Shown: positions 49,515-59,339 of the stretch, piece by piece
How positions within the stretch are numbered: position 1 is the first letter of the stretch
Layout: each line of letters begins with the position of its first letter
DNA from: Actinomycetota bacterium
Lineage (GTDB): Bacteria; Actinomycetota; Geothermincolia; Geothermincolales; RBG-13-55-18
Direction of reading: 5' to 3'
Assembly: GCA_013178005.1 (NCBI GenBank)
Contig: JABLXL010000002.1
Location: 15,220 to 79,219, forward strand
DNA length: 64,000 nt
Made by a program: the position numbers and the translations under genes
Notes under the pieces: model-generated
What the model saw: only the letters and a program-made list of their open reading frames with translations
Told to the model about the DNA's origin: nothing
The model's database searches: none

Positions 49515-50144
49515 TCATCCCTCCTTGACTTCCGGCTTGCGGCGCTGCTGGTACCACTGCAGCAGCGCGGACAGCAGGGCGAAGGTTATGAACGCGCCCG
49601 GGAAGAGGATGAGGATCACCGGCATCTTGTCCGTCCCCAGGCTGATTATGGTCCGCTTGAACATCACGATCTTTCCGGTCCCGAAGAGCTCGCGGAACAC
49701 GCTCATGATAAGCAACACGCAGGTGTATCCCAAGCCTATGCCGAGGCCGTCCATGGTAGCATGCGCGACCTTGGCGCTGGAGGCGTAACCCTCCGCACGC
49801 GCCAGGATGATGCAGTTAACCACGATGAGGGGTATCCAAACCCCCAAACGTTCATATACGGCGGGTATGGTTTTCAAGGTGAGGTCCACGATGGTCACAA
49901 AGGAGGCGATGACCACAATGAAGATGGGGATGCGGACCTGGTCGGGTATGAAGTTCCTGATAAGGGAGATGATGATGTTGGAGCAGGTGAGCACGAAGAT
50001 GACCGCCATCCCCATGAAGATGCAGTTCTCCACCTTGGTGGAGATGGCCAGAGAGGAACATAAGCCCACCATCAGGACCAGGAGGGGATTGGTGGTGATG
50101 AAGCCCTTGATGAACTCGCCCCAGAGCGTCCTCTCCTTTTCCAT
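49515..50144 (-). CDS. rnfE: Rnf complex subunit E
   Basis: A 209-aa membrane protein of the RnfE/NqrD family (…NPLLVLMVGLCSSLAIS…VVNCIILARAE…). Confidence 0.9.
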   Translation of the reverse strand: MEKERTLWGEFIKGFITTNPLLVLMVGLCSSLAISTKVENCIFMGMAVIFVLTCSNIIISLIRNFIPDQVRIPIFIVVIASFVTIVDLTLKTIPAVYERLGVWIPLIVVNCIILARAEGYASSAKVAHATMDGLGIGLGYTCVLLIMSVFRELFGTGKIVMFKRTIISLGTDKMPVILILFPGAFITFALLSALLQWYQQRRKPEVKEG

Positions 50145-50156
50145 ATTCTTCCTCTC

Positions 50157-50720
50157 CTAGCTCCGCTCCTGCAGATGGCGCCAGATGTCCAGGGCCATAT
50201 TCACGCCGTTGGTGATGCCCCGCGAGGTGTAGGTGGCGCTGCTCACGCCGTCCACGTTCTCCCCCAGGGTGAGCGGGTCGGGGCCCTTGCCCTCGAACTG
50301 CCCCAGAAAACTCGGGTTCTCCGCCGCCACCGCTCCCAGACCGGGGGTCTCTTCGTTGGTGACCACCTTTATCCCCGTGACCTTGCCCTCAGCGTCGACG
50401 CCCACCGCCATGGTGATGAAGTTGTATCCCTTGCTTTTGAGCACGAAGGCGTAACCGATGACGTTGCCTGATTGATCGAGGCCTTCGAAGGCACCGCTCA
50501 GGTCGGGGAAGTCGCCCTGCAGGGACGATAACAGCTCGGGGTCCTCCTGCGGGCGCGCCTCGATGGACGAGAGCACTGTCTCGGCCGCCTCCGCCCGTTG
50601 CTTGTGCTCCTGTTCGTCGATGCGCTCCTTAACCACGGTGTAGGTGAAGCCCAGGCCCACCGCGGCCACCGCGCAAACCAGGAAAAGGCGAAGGCCAAGG
50701 TTCAATATAATCCTGGTCAT
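50157..50720 (-). CDS. rnfG: Rnf complex subunit G (FMN-binding)
   Basis: MTRIILNLGL... has an N-terminal TM followed by an FMN_bind domain (…GVSSATYTSRGITNGV…). The ATG overlaps the rnfD stop (ATGA). The 505-aa track ORF in this frame is an upstream read-through artefact. Confidence 0.85.
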   Translation of the reverse strand: MTRIILNLGLRLFLVCAVAAVGLGFTYTVVKERIDEQEHKQRAEAAETVLSSIEARPQEDPELLSSLQGDFPDLSGAFEGLDQSGNVIGYAFVLKSKGYNFITMAVGVDAEGKVTGIKVVTNEETPGLGAVAAENPSFLGQFEGKGPDPLTLGENVDGVSSATYTSRGITNGVNMALDIWRHLQERS

Positions 50721-51745
50721 GAGGAATGCACCTCCTTGGCCTCCCCAGCCGATCCATATCTTCTCGGCATGATGTAGCGGTCGATCAGCGGCACCAAGGC
50801 GTTCATGAAGAGGATGGCGAACATGACCCCCTCGGGGTTGTTGGACCAGAAGCGCAGCAACCAGGTGACCACCCCGAGTCCCACGCCATATACCACCTTG
50901 CCTCTCCGGGCCAGCGGGCTGGTGGTATAGTCCGTGGCCATGAAGATAGCCCCTATAAGCAAGCCTCCCGCCAGGGTGTAGAAGAGGGGATCGCGCCCGG
51001 TGATGGCGGTCAGCACCGCCACCGTGCCCACATACGTCACGGTTATCCTCCACCCGATGACCCTGGTGGCGAGGAGGTAGATGCCGCCCAGTATGAGCAA
51101 GAGCGCAGATACCTCGCCCAGGCAACCCCACGGGTTGGCGAGAAGCAGCGGCTTGTAGTAATTCGAGGCGAAAAGCCCCTGGGGAGCCTTGGCCGCGCCG
51201 TCGTAGATGTATTTCATGGCCGCGAGCGGCGAGGCGCCGTTCACGATGTCCACTGTCCCCTCGATGGCTTTGTGTGTCGCGGTGTTGGCGATGCCGATGG
51301 CGGCTGACTTGGCGTAACCCGTGGCGAAATAAGCCGGCCAGGAGACGAAGGCCACCGCGCGTCCCACCAGTGCGGGGTTGAAGATGTTGTGGCCGAGCCC
51401 GCCGAACATCTGTTTTCCGAGGATGGTTGCCGCCAGGCCCGCTATTCCCGCCACCCACCAGGGCAGCCTCGGGGGGAGGGTCAGGGCGAGCAGCAATCCG
51501 GTGAGGATGGCGCTGCAGTCGTCGAGGGTCACAGGGATGCGCCTTCCCTTCTGCATCACGAAGTCCCCGAGCGCCGCCCCGGCGATGGAAGCGGCGAGGA
51601 CCCACAGGGCTGACAGGCCGTGGATCACCAGCGCGTATATGGTCACCGGGGACAACGCGACGATGACGTGGCACATGATGCGGCGGGTGTTGATAGGGTC
51701 CCTGATATGGGGCGAGGTGGATACGATGAGCTTGTGCTCATTCAT
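50717..51745 (-). CDS. rnfD: Rnf complex subunit D
   Basis: A 342-aa NqrB/RnfD-family membrane protein with the conserved ...YGVGLGVVTWLLRFWSNNPEGVMFAILFMNALVPLID. Confidence 0.9.
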   Translation of the reverse strand: MNEHKLIVSTSPHIRDPINTRRIMCHVIVALSPVTIYALVIHGLSALWVLAASIAGAALGDFVMQKGRRIPVTLDDCSAILTGLLLALTLPPRLPWWVAGIAGLAATILGKQMFGGLGHNIFNPALVGRAVAFVSWPAYFATGYAKSAAIGIANTATHKAIEGTVDIVNGASPLAAMKYIYDGAAKAPQGLFASNYYKPLLLANPWGCLGEVSALLLILGGIYLLATRVIGWRITVTYVGTVAVLTAITGRDPLFYTLAGGLLIGAIFMATDYTTSPLARRGKVVYGVGLGVVTWLLRFWSNNPEGVMFAILFMNALVPLIDRYIMPRRYGSAGEAKEVHSS

Positions 51746-53141
51746 CTTTTCCCGCCTCCCCGCTCTCGCCGACCGCCTCTCGCCTCTCCGCCTCGCGCCT
51801 GTCCGCCTGCTGCTTGCGGCGCGCCAGTTCCGCCTTGCCGGTCTTGATGAGCTGGACCAGGGGGTTCTTTGTGGGGCAAGTATAAGTGCAGCAGCCGCAC
51901 TCTATGCAGTCCTCGATGTGCAGCCTGTGCAGCAGGTCCCACTTCTCGTTGTGGGCATAGGACCCCAGGTAGGTGGGTATCAAGCCCATGGGGCATACGT
52001 CCACGCAGCGGCCGCAGCGTATGCACACGGGCTCGGCGGGCACGCTGTACCCCGTTTCCTCTCGGGACAGGGCCAGTATGCCGGAGGTTCCCTTTATCAC
52101 CGGCACCTCCATGGTGTGCTGGGCAAGCCCCATCATGGGCCCGCCCATGATCACTTTGCCGGGAGGCTCAGTGAATCCGCCGCAGGCCTCCACGGCGTGC
52201 GCGAAGCTCGTCCCCAGCGGGACCAGGAGGTTGGAGGGCTCCCTGACCACCGAGCCGGTGACGGTGACCACCCTCTCCACCAGCGGCATCCCTTGAGAGA
52301 AATACTGCGCGATGGCGTGGGCGGTGCCCACGTTGTTCACCACCACACCCACGTGCATGGGCAGGCCTCCCGAGGGCACCTCCCGGCGCAGCAGATTGGC
52401 GATGAGCACCTTCTCGGCCCCCTGGGGGTAACGAGTCCGCAGGGAAGCCACCTCGATCCCCGACCCCCGGGCGGAGGACTCCATGGCCTTGATGGCCGCG
52501 GGTTTGTTGTCCTCGATGGCCACGATCCCTCGTCGGGCTCCCACCGCCCGCATGATGATACGTATGCCCTCCAGTACCGAGTCTGGCTCCTCGAGCAAGA
52601 GGCGGTAATCCGAGGTGAGGAAGGGCTCGCATTCCGCCCCGTTGAGGATGACGGTGTCGATGGGGTATTCCCCGGGAGGGCTCAGTTTCACGTGGGTGGG
52701 GAAAGCCGCCCCGCCCAGCCCGACTATGCCCGCCGCGCGCACCGCCTCGCGTATCCTTTCCGGCTCCATGTCCTCCCAGGGGCCGGGCGGCTCGAGGTTG
52801 GGATCGCGCCTGTAGCTACCGTCGTTTTCGATGATGACCGCGAGCACTTCGCCACCCGCGGGGTGGGGTTGGGGGGCCACCCGGGCCACCTTGCCCGAGA
52901 CGCTGGAATGGATGGGAGCGGAAACGAAGGCCTCGGAATCCCCGATCACCGTTCCCACCAGCACCTCGTCGCCCTTTCCGACCCTGGGGACGCAAGGCGC
53001 CCCGATGTGCTGGCGCATGGGGATGGTCACGGTGGCAGGCGCCTCGATCCTCCTGATCTCCTTGCCCGCCGAGGGTTCCTTCGAGTCCGAAGGGTGCACG
53101 CCTCCCCTGATCCTGTACAGAAGGCCGCTTGTCCTTCCCAT
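51738..53141 (-). CDS. rnfC: Rnf complex subunit C (NADH-binding, 2x[4Fe-4S])
   Basis: The 467-aa protein has an SLBB/NADH-binding region followed by CIRCGRCVDVCP and CIECGCCTYTCP ferredoxin motifs. Confidence 0.9.
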   Translation of the reverse strand: MGRTSGLLYRIRGGVHPSDSKEPSAGKEIRRIEAPATVTIPMRQHIGAPCVPRVGKGDEVLVGTVIGDSEAFVSAPIHSSVSGKVARVAPQPHPAGGEVLAVIIENDGSYRRDPNLEPPGPWEDMEPERIREAVRAAGIVGLGGAAFPTHVKLSPPGEYPIDTVILNGAECEPFLTSDYRLLLEEPDSVLEGIRIIMRAVGARRGIVAIEDNKPAAIKAMESSARGSGIEVASLRTRYPQGAEKVLIANLLRREVPSGGLPMHVGVVVNNVGTAHAIAQYFSQGMPLVERVVTVTGSVVREPSNLLVPLGTSFAHAVEACGGFTEPPGKVIMGGPMMGLAQHTMEVPVIKGTSGILALSREETGYSVPAEPVCIRCGRCVDVCPMGLIPTYLGSYAHNEKWDLLHRLHIEDCIECGCCTYTCPTKNPLVQLIKTGKAELARRKQQADRREAERREAVGESGEAGKDE

Positions 53142-53689
53142 GGCTCCTTCTAATCTGTTCCGGACCCCTCCCTGCCGCGTCCACCTGGGCGCGGGTAAAA
53201 AAATACCAGCGATAATCTAATCCTTGGCCGTTCTTTTGTCCAGAGCTTTTTCCGGTTTGTAGTCCAAGATCGGACGCCGGGAGGACAAAGCCTGGAAGCC
53301 GGAACCCTAGTCGGCCCGATGAAAACGGCCTCTTGCGGGAAGGAGAACCAAAGACCTTAAAGTCCAGGGCTTTGGCCACAAGTCATCGCGAAGAAGGCCC
53401 TCTTTCGCGGGACGGCGCCAGGAGCGCTCAAGCACGTTGTCCGGACACCGGTCGACCCAACCAAGAAAGGCACCTGTTGGGAAAGGAGATCAACAGCGCG
53501 CAAGCCTCGAGGCCGTATTGCTTATCATCTTCTTATGCCATTGGCCCACTTGCGGGACCCAAGGGATCTCCAGGTTGGGGCCAAGAGCCGGAGATCGAAT
53601 CGTTCCAACGGCCCAAAGGCCGTCCGCCCCTCCTGCCCCTCCTGGGCGGACCCCGTGCGGAGCGGGCGTGAGCGCGCTAGACTTAGGTC

Positions 53690-54160
53690 ATGGAATGCAA
53701 GGCGGTCGTGGCCGAGATAAAGGGCGGGCGCGCCAGGGTTCGCGTGGCGCGGGTGAACTGCGCGGAATGCGGCGGGTGTGGCCTACTGGCGCGCGACCGC
53801 GATCAGGTGATGGAGTTCACGGCTTCGGCGCGCCCTGGTTTGGAGGAGGGGGACGTGGTGATCCTCGAGGTCCCCTCGAGGCGTCTTGTGCTGTCCTACC
53901 TGGTCATTTTCGGTCTCCCGGTGCTGGGCATGATCGCCGCCTATCTCGCGGCGATGGCCTTGACCTCTCTGGCGGGAGCGGGCAACGGGGGGATCGCGGT
54001 TACGGCTGCAGTGGCGGCCGGATGCGCTTTTCTGTGGGTGGGGGTTAAACTGGCGGAGCGCGCGGGTTTCTCCCCGGTCATAGTGCGCGTGCTTGGAAGG
54101 CAAGGGGAGGACGCTTCGAGCCGGATGGGAGGTGGAGCGGAAGGCGGCGGGGTGCTTTGA
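53690..54160 (+). CDS. RseC/MucC-family protein (rnf-associated), paralog 2
   Basis: The N-terminal motif is CAECGGCGL and two TM helices follow. It is divergent from rnfC, the classical position for rseC-like genes. Confidence 0.65.
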   Translation: MECKAVVAEIKGGRARVRVARVNCAECGGCGLLARDRDQVMEFTASARPGLEEGDVVILEVPSRRLVLSYLVIFGLPVLGMIAAYLAAMALTSLAGAGNGGIAVTAAVAAGCAFLWVGVKLAERAGFSPVIVRVLGRQGEDASSRMGGGAEGGGVL

Positions 54161-54267
54161 CGAGCAGGCCCCCGATCTTGTTTGCCGCCAGGGGAGTGGA
54201 TGGCATGGTGAGGCCGACGGTGTGACGCAATTTTGGACGGCGATCCCTTTCCAGGTGCGTCGTCTCT

Positions 54268-55071
54268 CTATCGGTCCTCCAGCCGTGAGCTCGCCTCGGA
54301 GAGGATGGCTTCGACGGATGGCTTGTCATCGGGGTAGGAGAGGACCTCCGTTTCCAGGACATCGCCCACGCCCCGCCCTTCGGAGTGGCGTTCCAGATAC
54401 GCGTCGATCTTTCCCCGCAGCCGGTTGTGACATACTTCCGCGCCCTCACGTCCCACGTTGGGAAGGATGACCAAGAACTCGTTGCCCATCCTTGCCAGTT
54501 CGTCCACGGAACGTGTGTCGTTCTTAAGCACGGAGATGCTCAAGTCGCGCATCACGTTCACGCCTCGCTTGCGTTGCTCCTCGACGAATCCCCCCTCAAG
54601 GGAGAAGCGGATGAGCGAGAAGGGTGTTTGGTAACGGTCATGCTCGTTGATGTGTGTCTCAAGCTCCCGGGCGATGAACCTCTCGTTGCCGATCTGGGTT
54701 TCGTCGTCCACCAGGTCCTGGTTTTCCATCTTCACGAAGAAGTACCGGAACTGGGTCCTGATGTGGTTGCATAGAAGGGCGAGAACGCCATAGATCAGGA
54801 GCTTGATACCGGCAAGTTCCAGCGCCGTGCCGTATCCGAAATCCCCCTTGAAGGCCAAGCGCGCGGCGGTATACACAGCAATACTGAAGAGGAATCCGCC
54901 GGCGGCGCCTCGCTTTCCGCCGTAGAGGCTGGAGACGATGACGGCGAGCATCAGCAGGTGGCCCATGATCTCCACCCCGTCCGTCTTCTGTATGGCCATG
55001 GCTACGGCCATGGCCGCCACCGCCACCGTGATGACCAGAACGATTATCCGCTCGAACCTCGCGTATCGCAT
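54268..55071 (-). CDS. membrane-anchored GGDEF-domain protein with degenerate active site (GNEF)
   Basis: About 4 N-terminal TM helices precede a GGDEF-like domain. RMGNEFLVIL replaces RxGGDEF, and the upstream DxFK-like region is also degenerate. Confidence 0.7.
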   Translation of the reverse strand: MRYARFERIIVLVITVAVAAMAVAMAIQKTDGVEIMGHLLMLAVIVSSLYGGKRGAAGGFLFSIAVYTAARLAFKGDFGYGTALELAGIKLLIYGVLALLCNHIRTQFRYFFVKMENQDLVDDETQIGNERFIARELETHINEHDRYQTPFSLIRFSLEGGFVEEQRKRGVNVMRDLSISVLKNDTRSVDELARMGNEFLVILPNVGREGAEVCHNRLRGKIDAYLERHSEGRGVGDVLETEVLSYPDDKPSVEAILSEASSRLEDR

Positions 55072-55123
55072 TAATACCCCGCCCCTTTCAAGCCATACAG
55101 GACCTCAGGCGCCGAGGCCCTCC

Positions 55124-55468
55124 TCAGATATCCGTGTGGTACTCGCACCAAACCTCTCCGGTCGCGGGATCGTAAGCGTACTCCTCCCCCGATTCTGGGC
55201 ACTTGAGCCCCTTCGCGTTCTCGATGAAGTCGGGGACCAGCTCGTCCAGGTCATCAGGATACCCTTCGTGATATGAGTAGTAGCATAAAAGCTGCTCCCT
55301 GATGATCTTGAGGTTGCCGCGGCAGACTGCCTTCCTGCTGAGACTGGTGGAAACCTCGTAAGAAGCCACGGCTATGCCCACCAGGATGCCGATGATGCCC
55401 ACCACGATCAGCAACTCCACCAGGGAGAACCCCTCTTCCCTTCCCAAAGACCTGGACTTTCGCACCAT
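55124..55468 (-). CDS. prepilin-type N-terminal cleavage/methylation domain protein (type IV pilin / pseudopilin)
   Basis: The leader ...GREEGFSLVELLIVVGIIGILVGIAVASY matches the class III signal peptide (G|FSLVE). The protein is 114 aa with C-terminal Cys residues. Confidence 0.8.
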   Translation of the reverse strand: MVRKSRSLGREEGFSLVELLIVVGIIGILVGIAVASYEVSTSLSRKAVCRGNLKIIREQLLCYYSYHEGYPDDLDELVPDFIENAKGLKCPESGEEYAYDPATGEVWCEYHTDI

Positions 55469-55931
55469 CCCTCCCCGGACTGTTTTCTCTTAACAACACC
55501 ATCGGTCACAAGCACTTTCCACTTGAGATTGCTGGCACTGCAGGCCCTGTGAAGCGAAAGATCGCAGTGTGGCGGGGACCGCCTTGCCGCGGCACCGCGC
55601 TTTCGCGCCGAGCATAATTAAATAAATACGGGTCGCGTAGGCCGTTGGCAAGGACTGCCATTCTCCGACTCCCACAATATTTTTCCCCATGGCGGCCTGG
55701 GATACAGGCATGATCAAAGCACTGCAAAAGAGACCGGTCGCAGCAGCTCACCCACACCACGCCGCAGGAGTCGCATTCCCCCGTGAAATTGCCTGCGACG
55801 GAGGGCTTGCAAGCGGGAAAACGGACAGGCCACCCTAAACGCGCCGTATATTTTGGGTATGGCGTCTCTTTGAATGGAACTTCTCCGTCCGGCTCCCTGT
55901 GACAGTATTCTAGTCCAAGGGTAATGCACTG

Positions 55932-56573
55932 ATGTCCGCGCCCTTTCACTTTTGTCCGCACGGTTCACGGCATACATTCGCGTACCGTGGTTTGAGGACA
56001 AAGCGTTTCGTCGAAAAGGTCTTATCCGCCCGGTTCCCTGCGCCCGTCTACTCGTCCGGGGTTAAGGGTATAATGGATGGCGAGCGAAAGGACGGTGCGA
56101 GCATGCTGGAAAATGCCGGGGCGACGGAAAAGGGAGAGGTGGTCTCCAGCCCCCACGTCTTTTCGCCGCGCAAGGCCTTGTCCCGCGAGGACGAGTTGAT
56201 GGGGGCGGGGGCGATAATCATCGGCGCTTCCTTCCTGTACCCCCATGTGAAGGGATTGCTCGAGGCCGTGACCCCGGGATGCCTTTTCCACCGCCTCACG
56301 GGGCTGCCCTGCCTGTTTTGCGGGATGACCCGCAGCTTTGCGGCCACTGCAGGCGGCCGCTGGGAGGAGGCCTTCAGGATGCACCTGCTCGGCCCGCCCC
56401 TCTTCGTCCTCGTGGCCGCGCTGACGGCGCTTCTCTTGATGGAAAAGGCCTTGACGAGACGTCTGCTGCCCCGTCCTGGAAAGGCTTTCCTGAAGGGAGC
56501 GGCATGGGGCTTCCTGGTATTGCTGGTGATGGCGTGGGTTCTCCGCCTGGCGCTTTTCGGCGTCAACGTCTAG
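55932..56573 (+). CDS. DUF2752 domain-containing membrane protein
   Basis: CLFHRLTGLPCLFCGMTRSFAA matches the DUF2752 signature (G.PCPGCG.TRA-like). The start is uncertain and may be an internal Met. Confidence 0.55.
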   Translation: MSAPFHFCPHGSRHTFAYRGLRTKRFVEKVLSARFPAPVYSSGVKGIMDGERKDGASMLENAGATEKGEVVSSPHVFSPRKALSREDELMGAGAIIIGASFLYPHVKGLLEAVTPGCLFHRLTGLPCLFCGMTRSFAATAGGRWEEAFRMHLLGPPLFVLVAALTALLLMEKALTRRLLPRPGKAFLKGAAWGFLVLLVMAWVLRLALFGVNV

Positions 56574-56821
56574 GCTGGATGCATATGGTCCACAGGGAAG
56601 AGCGAAGCGGCGGAGCGGGAGGCGGGAAAGCTCCGGTGGACCGGGCAACGCTCCCTCGGGATGTTGGCGATGCTAGCGATGCAAGGATAGACGGATATAT
56701 GATGGATGGCTGCGCGTGATGCGGAGAAGCGCCGGGCTTGCCGACATGGATGAAAGAGAGGAAGAAGGGGAAAACCAGGGACGGGCCGGCAGGAGGCCCC
56801 TAACGGCGTGAGGAGGTTTTA

Positions 56822-57475
56822 ATGGAAGGAACACCGTACCCAGCCCAGGCGGGGTCCGCGTTGGAGTACAACGTGGCCGCGCGGACGAGCACCGATTTCA
56901 TCACCGACCCTGGGATGGCCATCCTGCTCTCCATCGTCACCTGTGGGATCTACGGCATGTACATCATCTACAAGCTGGTGCAGAGGCGGGACGAGCACTT
57001 CAAGCGCATGGCGGCGGTGGCCGACTCCGCCGTGGCGCAACTGCGGGCCAAGGCCCAGGGACGGGAGGACCTGGTAGGCCAAGAGCTCGCGCAGCTGGAG
57101 CAGATACGCATGCGCATGGCCACCATGGCGGCGGAAAGGGGGGCGGCGATCTGGCTCCTCATCTGTATCTTCACCGGCATCGGCTCCTTAATCCTCTATT
57201 ACCTGCTCATGAAGGATTACGTGGAGCACGATGCGGTGGAGGCTCATTTCTTCACCGTCATGAGCGCGGCCTTGGCCAAGCTGGGCTTGGCGGGACAGGC
57301 GGGCCAAGCCATGCCCACCGTGCCCCAGCGCGAGTTCGTGACCTTCCTGTTGTTGAGCTTAGTGACCTGCGGCATCTATGGCTTTTACTGGATGTACGTG
57401 ATGATCAAGGATTTCAACGATCACTTCATAGCCCAGGTCGCCTGGGAGGATTTCCTCCTCACCGCACTGCGCTGA
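56822..57475 (+). CDS. DUF4234 domain-containing membrane protein (two DUF4234 repeats)
   Basis: LLSIVTCGIYGMYIIYKL... and LLSLVTCGIYGFYWMYVMIKDFNDH are two copies of the DUF4234-like motif. Confidence 0.55.
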   Translation: MEGTPYPAQAGSALEYNVAARTSTDFITDPGMAILLSIVTCGIYGMYIIYKLVQRRDEHFKRMAAVADSAVAQLRAKAQGREDLVGQELAQLEQIRMRMATMAAERGAAIWLLICIFTGIGSLILYYLLMKDYVEHDAVEAHFFTVMSAALAKLGLAGQAGQAMPTVPQREFVTFLLLSLVTCGIYGFYWMYVMIKDFNDHFIAQVAWEDFLLTALR

Positions 57476-57684
57476 TCGGTAGAGGTTATGTACACGCCGG
57501 GCCTTCCTGACCGTTGGGTATAAGGCGCGTCTCCAGGCTGCGCTGACCGGTAGAGGTCAAGGGGGGCGGCAGGCCTGCGTGCGTAGGTCCAGGGGGCCCT
57601 TGCCGCCGGCGCTCGTGACTTGAGCCGGAGTGCGAGACATGCTGCGCCGGGTGTCCGCTTTCCCAGGATTCACACGTCAGGCGC

Positions 57685-58485
57685 TTACAGCTTTAGCCAT
57701 AGCGCCAGCCACCCCACCGCCGCGAGGATGGCAAGGGCGGCGAGGTCGCCCATCCCCGGACGGGATGAACGATAGCGGGAACGCCCGCCACCCCCGAAGT
57801 AGCCGCGTGCCGCCAAGGCCGTGCCCAGCTCCTCGGCATCCCGGAAGCAGGCCGTGAAGAGCGGCACGAGCAGCGGCAGAAGCGAGCGGGCTCTCCGCAA
57901 CAGGTTACCGCTGGAGAAGTCCGCCCCCCGCGCTTCCTGAGCCCGCGCGATCTCCCCGGCTTTACCGAGCAGCACGGGCAGGAAGCGGAGCGCCGTGGTG
58001 AGGATCATGGCCGTCTCGTGCACCGGAAAGCGCAGCGGGCGCAGGGGGGCCATGAGCCCCTCCAGGCCCGACAGGAGATGCACGGGGTCGGTGGTCATGG
58101 TCAGCGCGCAGATGGCCACCGCGGCCAGGGCTAGGCGCATGGAATATACCACGCCGTTCTGTATGCCGGTGTTGGTGATGGAGATGGGCCCCCATTCCCA
58201 GAGGACCCGGCCGGGCGAGAACAGCAGCTGGGCGAGGGCGGTTACGGCCAGGAGGATGAACACGGAGCGCAGGGAGGCCAGCAGCTGCAGGGGAGGGAGC
58301 TTGGCCAGGTAGACGACGAAAAGCGTGAACGCCAGGAGGACGACGATGCCGGAGGGTCGCCCGCAGGCGAACGACAGGGCGATGAGGCCCGCTGCCCCCG
58401 CGATCTTAACCCGGGCGTCCAGGGCATGGACCGGCGAGGGCATGGGGTAATACCTCCCGATGCCGACGCGGTTGAGGTCCCTCAT
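57685..58485 (-). CDS. ecfT: ECF transporter transmembrane (T) component
   Basis: A CbiQ/EcfT-family 266-aa membrane protein. Its start overlaps the upstream ATPase gene stop. Confidence 0.85.
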   Translation of the reverse strand: MRDLNRVGIGRYYPMPSPVHALDARVKIAGAAGLIALSFACGRPSGIVVLLAFTLFVVYLAKLPPLQLLASLRSVFILLAVTALAQLLFSPGRVLWEWGPISITNTGIQNGVVYSMRLALAAVAICALTMTTDPVHLLSGLEGLMAPLRPLRFPVHETAMILTTALRFLPVLLGKAGEIARAQEARGADFSSGNLLRRARSLLPLLVPLFTACFRDAEELGTALAARGYFGGGGRSRYRSSRPGMGDLAALAILAAVGWLALWLKL

Positions 58486-59339
58486 CGCTCCCCTCCTCCC
58501 AGTGCCCGGGCTATCAGCGCCGCGGCCTCCCGCGGGGAGGTCGCGCGCGCCGGCAGGTCCAGGCCTCGTTCCCGTAGCAGATCGAGCAACCGCATGGCGG
58601 GAGGGGGGATCAGACCCGCCTGCGAGAGCAGGCGGGCGTTTGCGGCGGCGGATCCTGGGTCTCCGGCATTGACGATGCGCCCCCCCGCGATGATCTCAAC
58701 GCGGTCCGCCAGCGCCTCCACCTCCTCCCAGTCGTGGGTCACCACCAGGATCCCGATGCCTTCGCGTTTCAGCTCCGCCACGAGGCCGTGAAACAGCCTG
58801 CGCCCCGGGGCGTCGAGTCCCGAGGAGGGCTCGTCGAGGAGCAGGAAGCGCGGCTTCATGGCCAGCACCCCCGCCAGCGCGGCGCGGCGCATCTCGCCGT
58901 CGCTGAGGGTGAAGGGCGAGCGCATGGAGTAAGTATCCGCATCGAGGCCCACCATGCCCATGGCCTCCCGCACCCTTTGCGAGAGCGCCCGGCCGCGCAG
59001 TCCCCGGTTGCGCGGCCCGAAGCCCACGTCCTTTTCCACCGTTTCCGCGAAGAGCTGCCTTTGCGGAGACTGGAAGAGGATCCCCACCGCGCGCCGCAGG
59101 CGCCGCACGCCGGAAGGGGAGTCATCCACGCGGTGCCCATCGAGGAGTACCCTTCCCCGGGCGGGGGCGAGCATGCCCGCGGCTATGCCCAGGAGGGTGG
59201 TCTTCCCGGATCCGGATGCGCCCATGAGGCAGACCGTTTCCCCTTCGGCGAGGGAGAGGTCCACGCCGTCCAGCGCCGCCCGGGCCATGGGGGTCCCGGG
59301 AAGGTAGGTGAAGCCGACTCCGTCCAGGGTTATGCCCAC
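58482..59339 (-). CDS. ecfA: ECF transporter ATP-binding protein (EcfA2-like ABC ATPase)
   Basis: Walker A GASGSGKTT, the signature LSDGEMRRAAL and Walker B LLLDEPSSGLD are present. Confidence 0.9.
   Translation of the reverse strand: MGITLDGVGFTYLPGTPMARAALDGVDLSLAEGETVCLMGASGSGKTTLLGIAAGMLAPARGRVLLDGHRVDDSPSGVRRLRRAVGILFQSPQRQLFAETVEKDVGFGPRNRGLRGRALSQRVREAMGMVGLDADTYSMRSPFTLSDGEMRRAALAGVLAMKPRFLLLDEPSSGLDAPGRRLFHGLVAELKREGIGILVVTHDWEEVEALADRVEIIAGGRIVNAGDPGSAAANARLLSQAGLIPPPAMRLLDLLRERGLDLPARATSPREAAALIARALGGGER

Noticed and set aside
50157-51674. 505-aa track ORF in the rnfG frame
   Set aside because: Only the 3' 187 codons, from MTRIILNLGL, are RnfG. The upstream part is antisense or off-frame nonsense overlapping rnfD.
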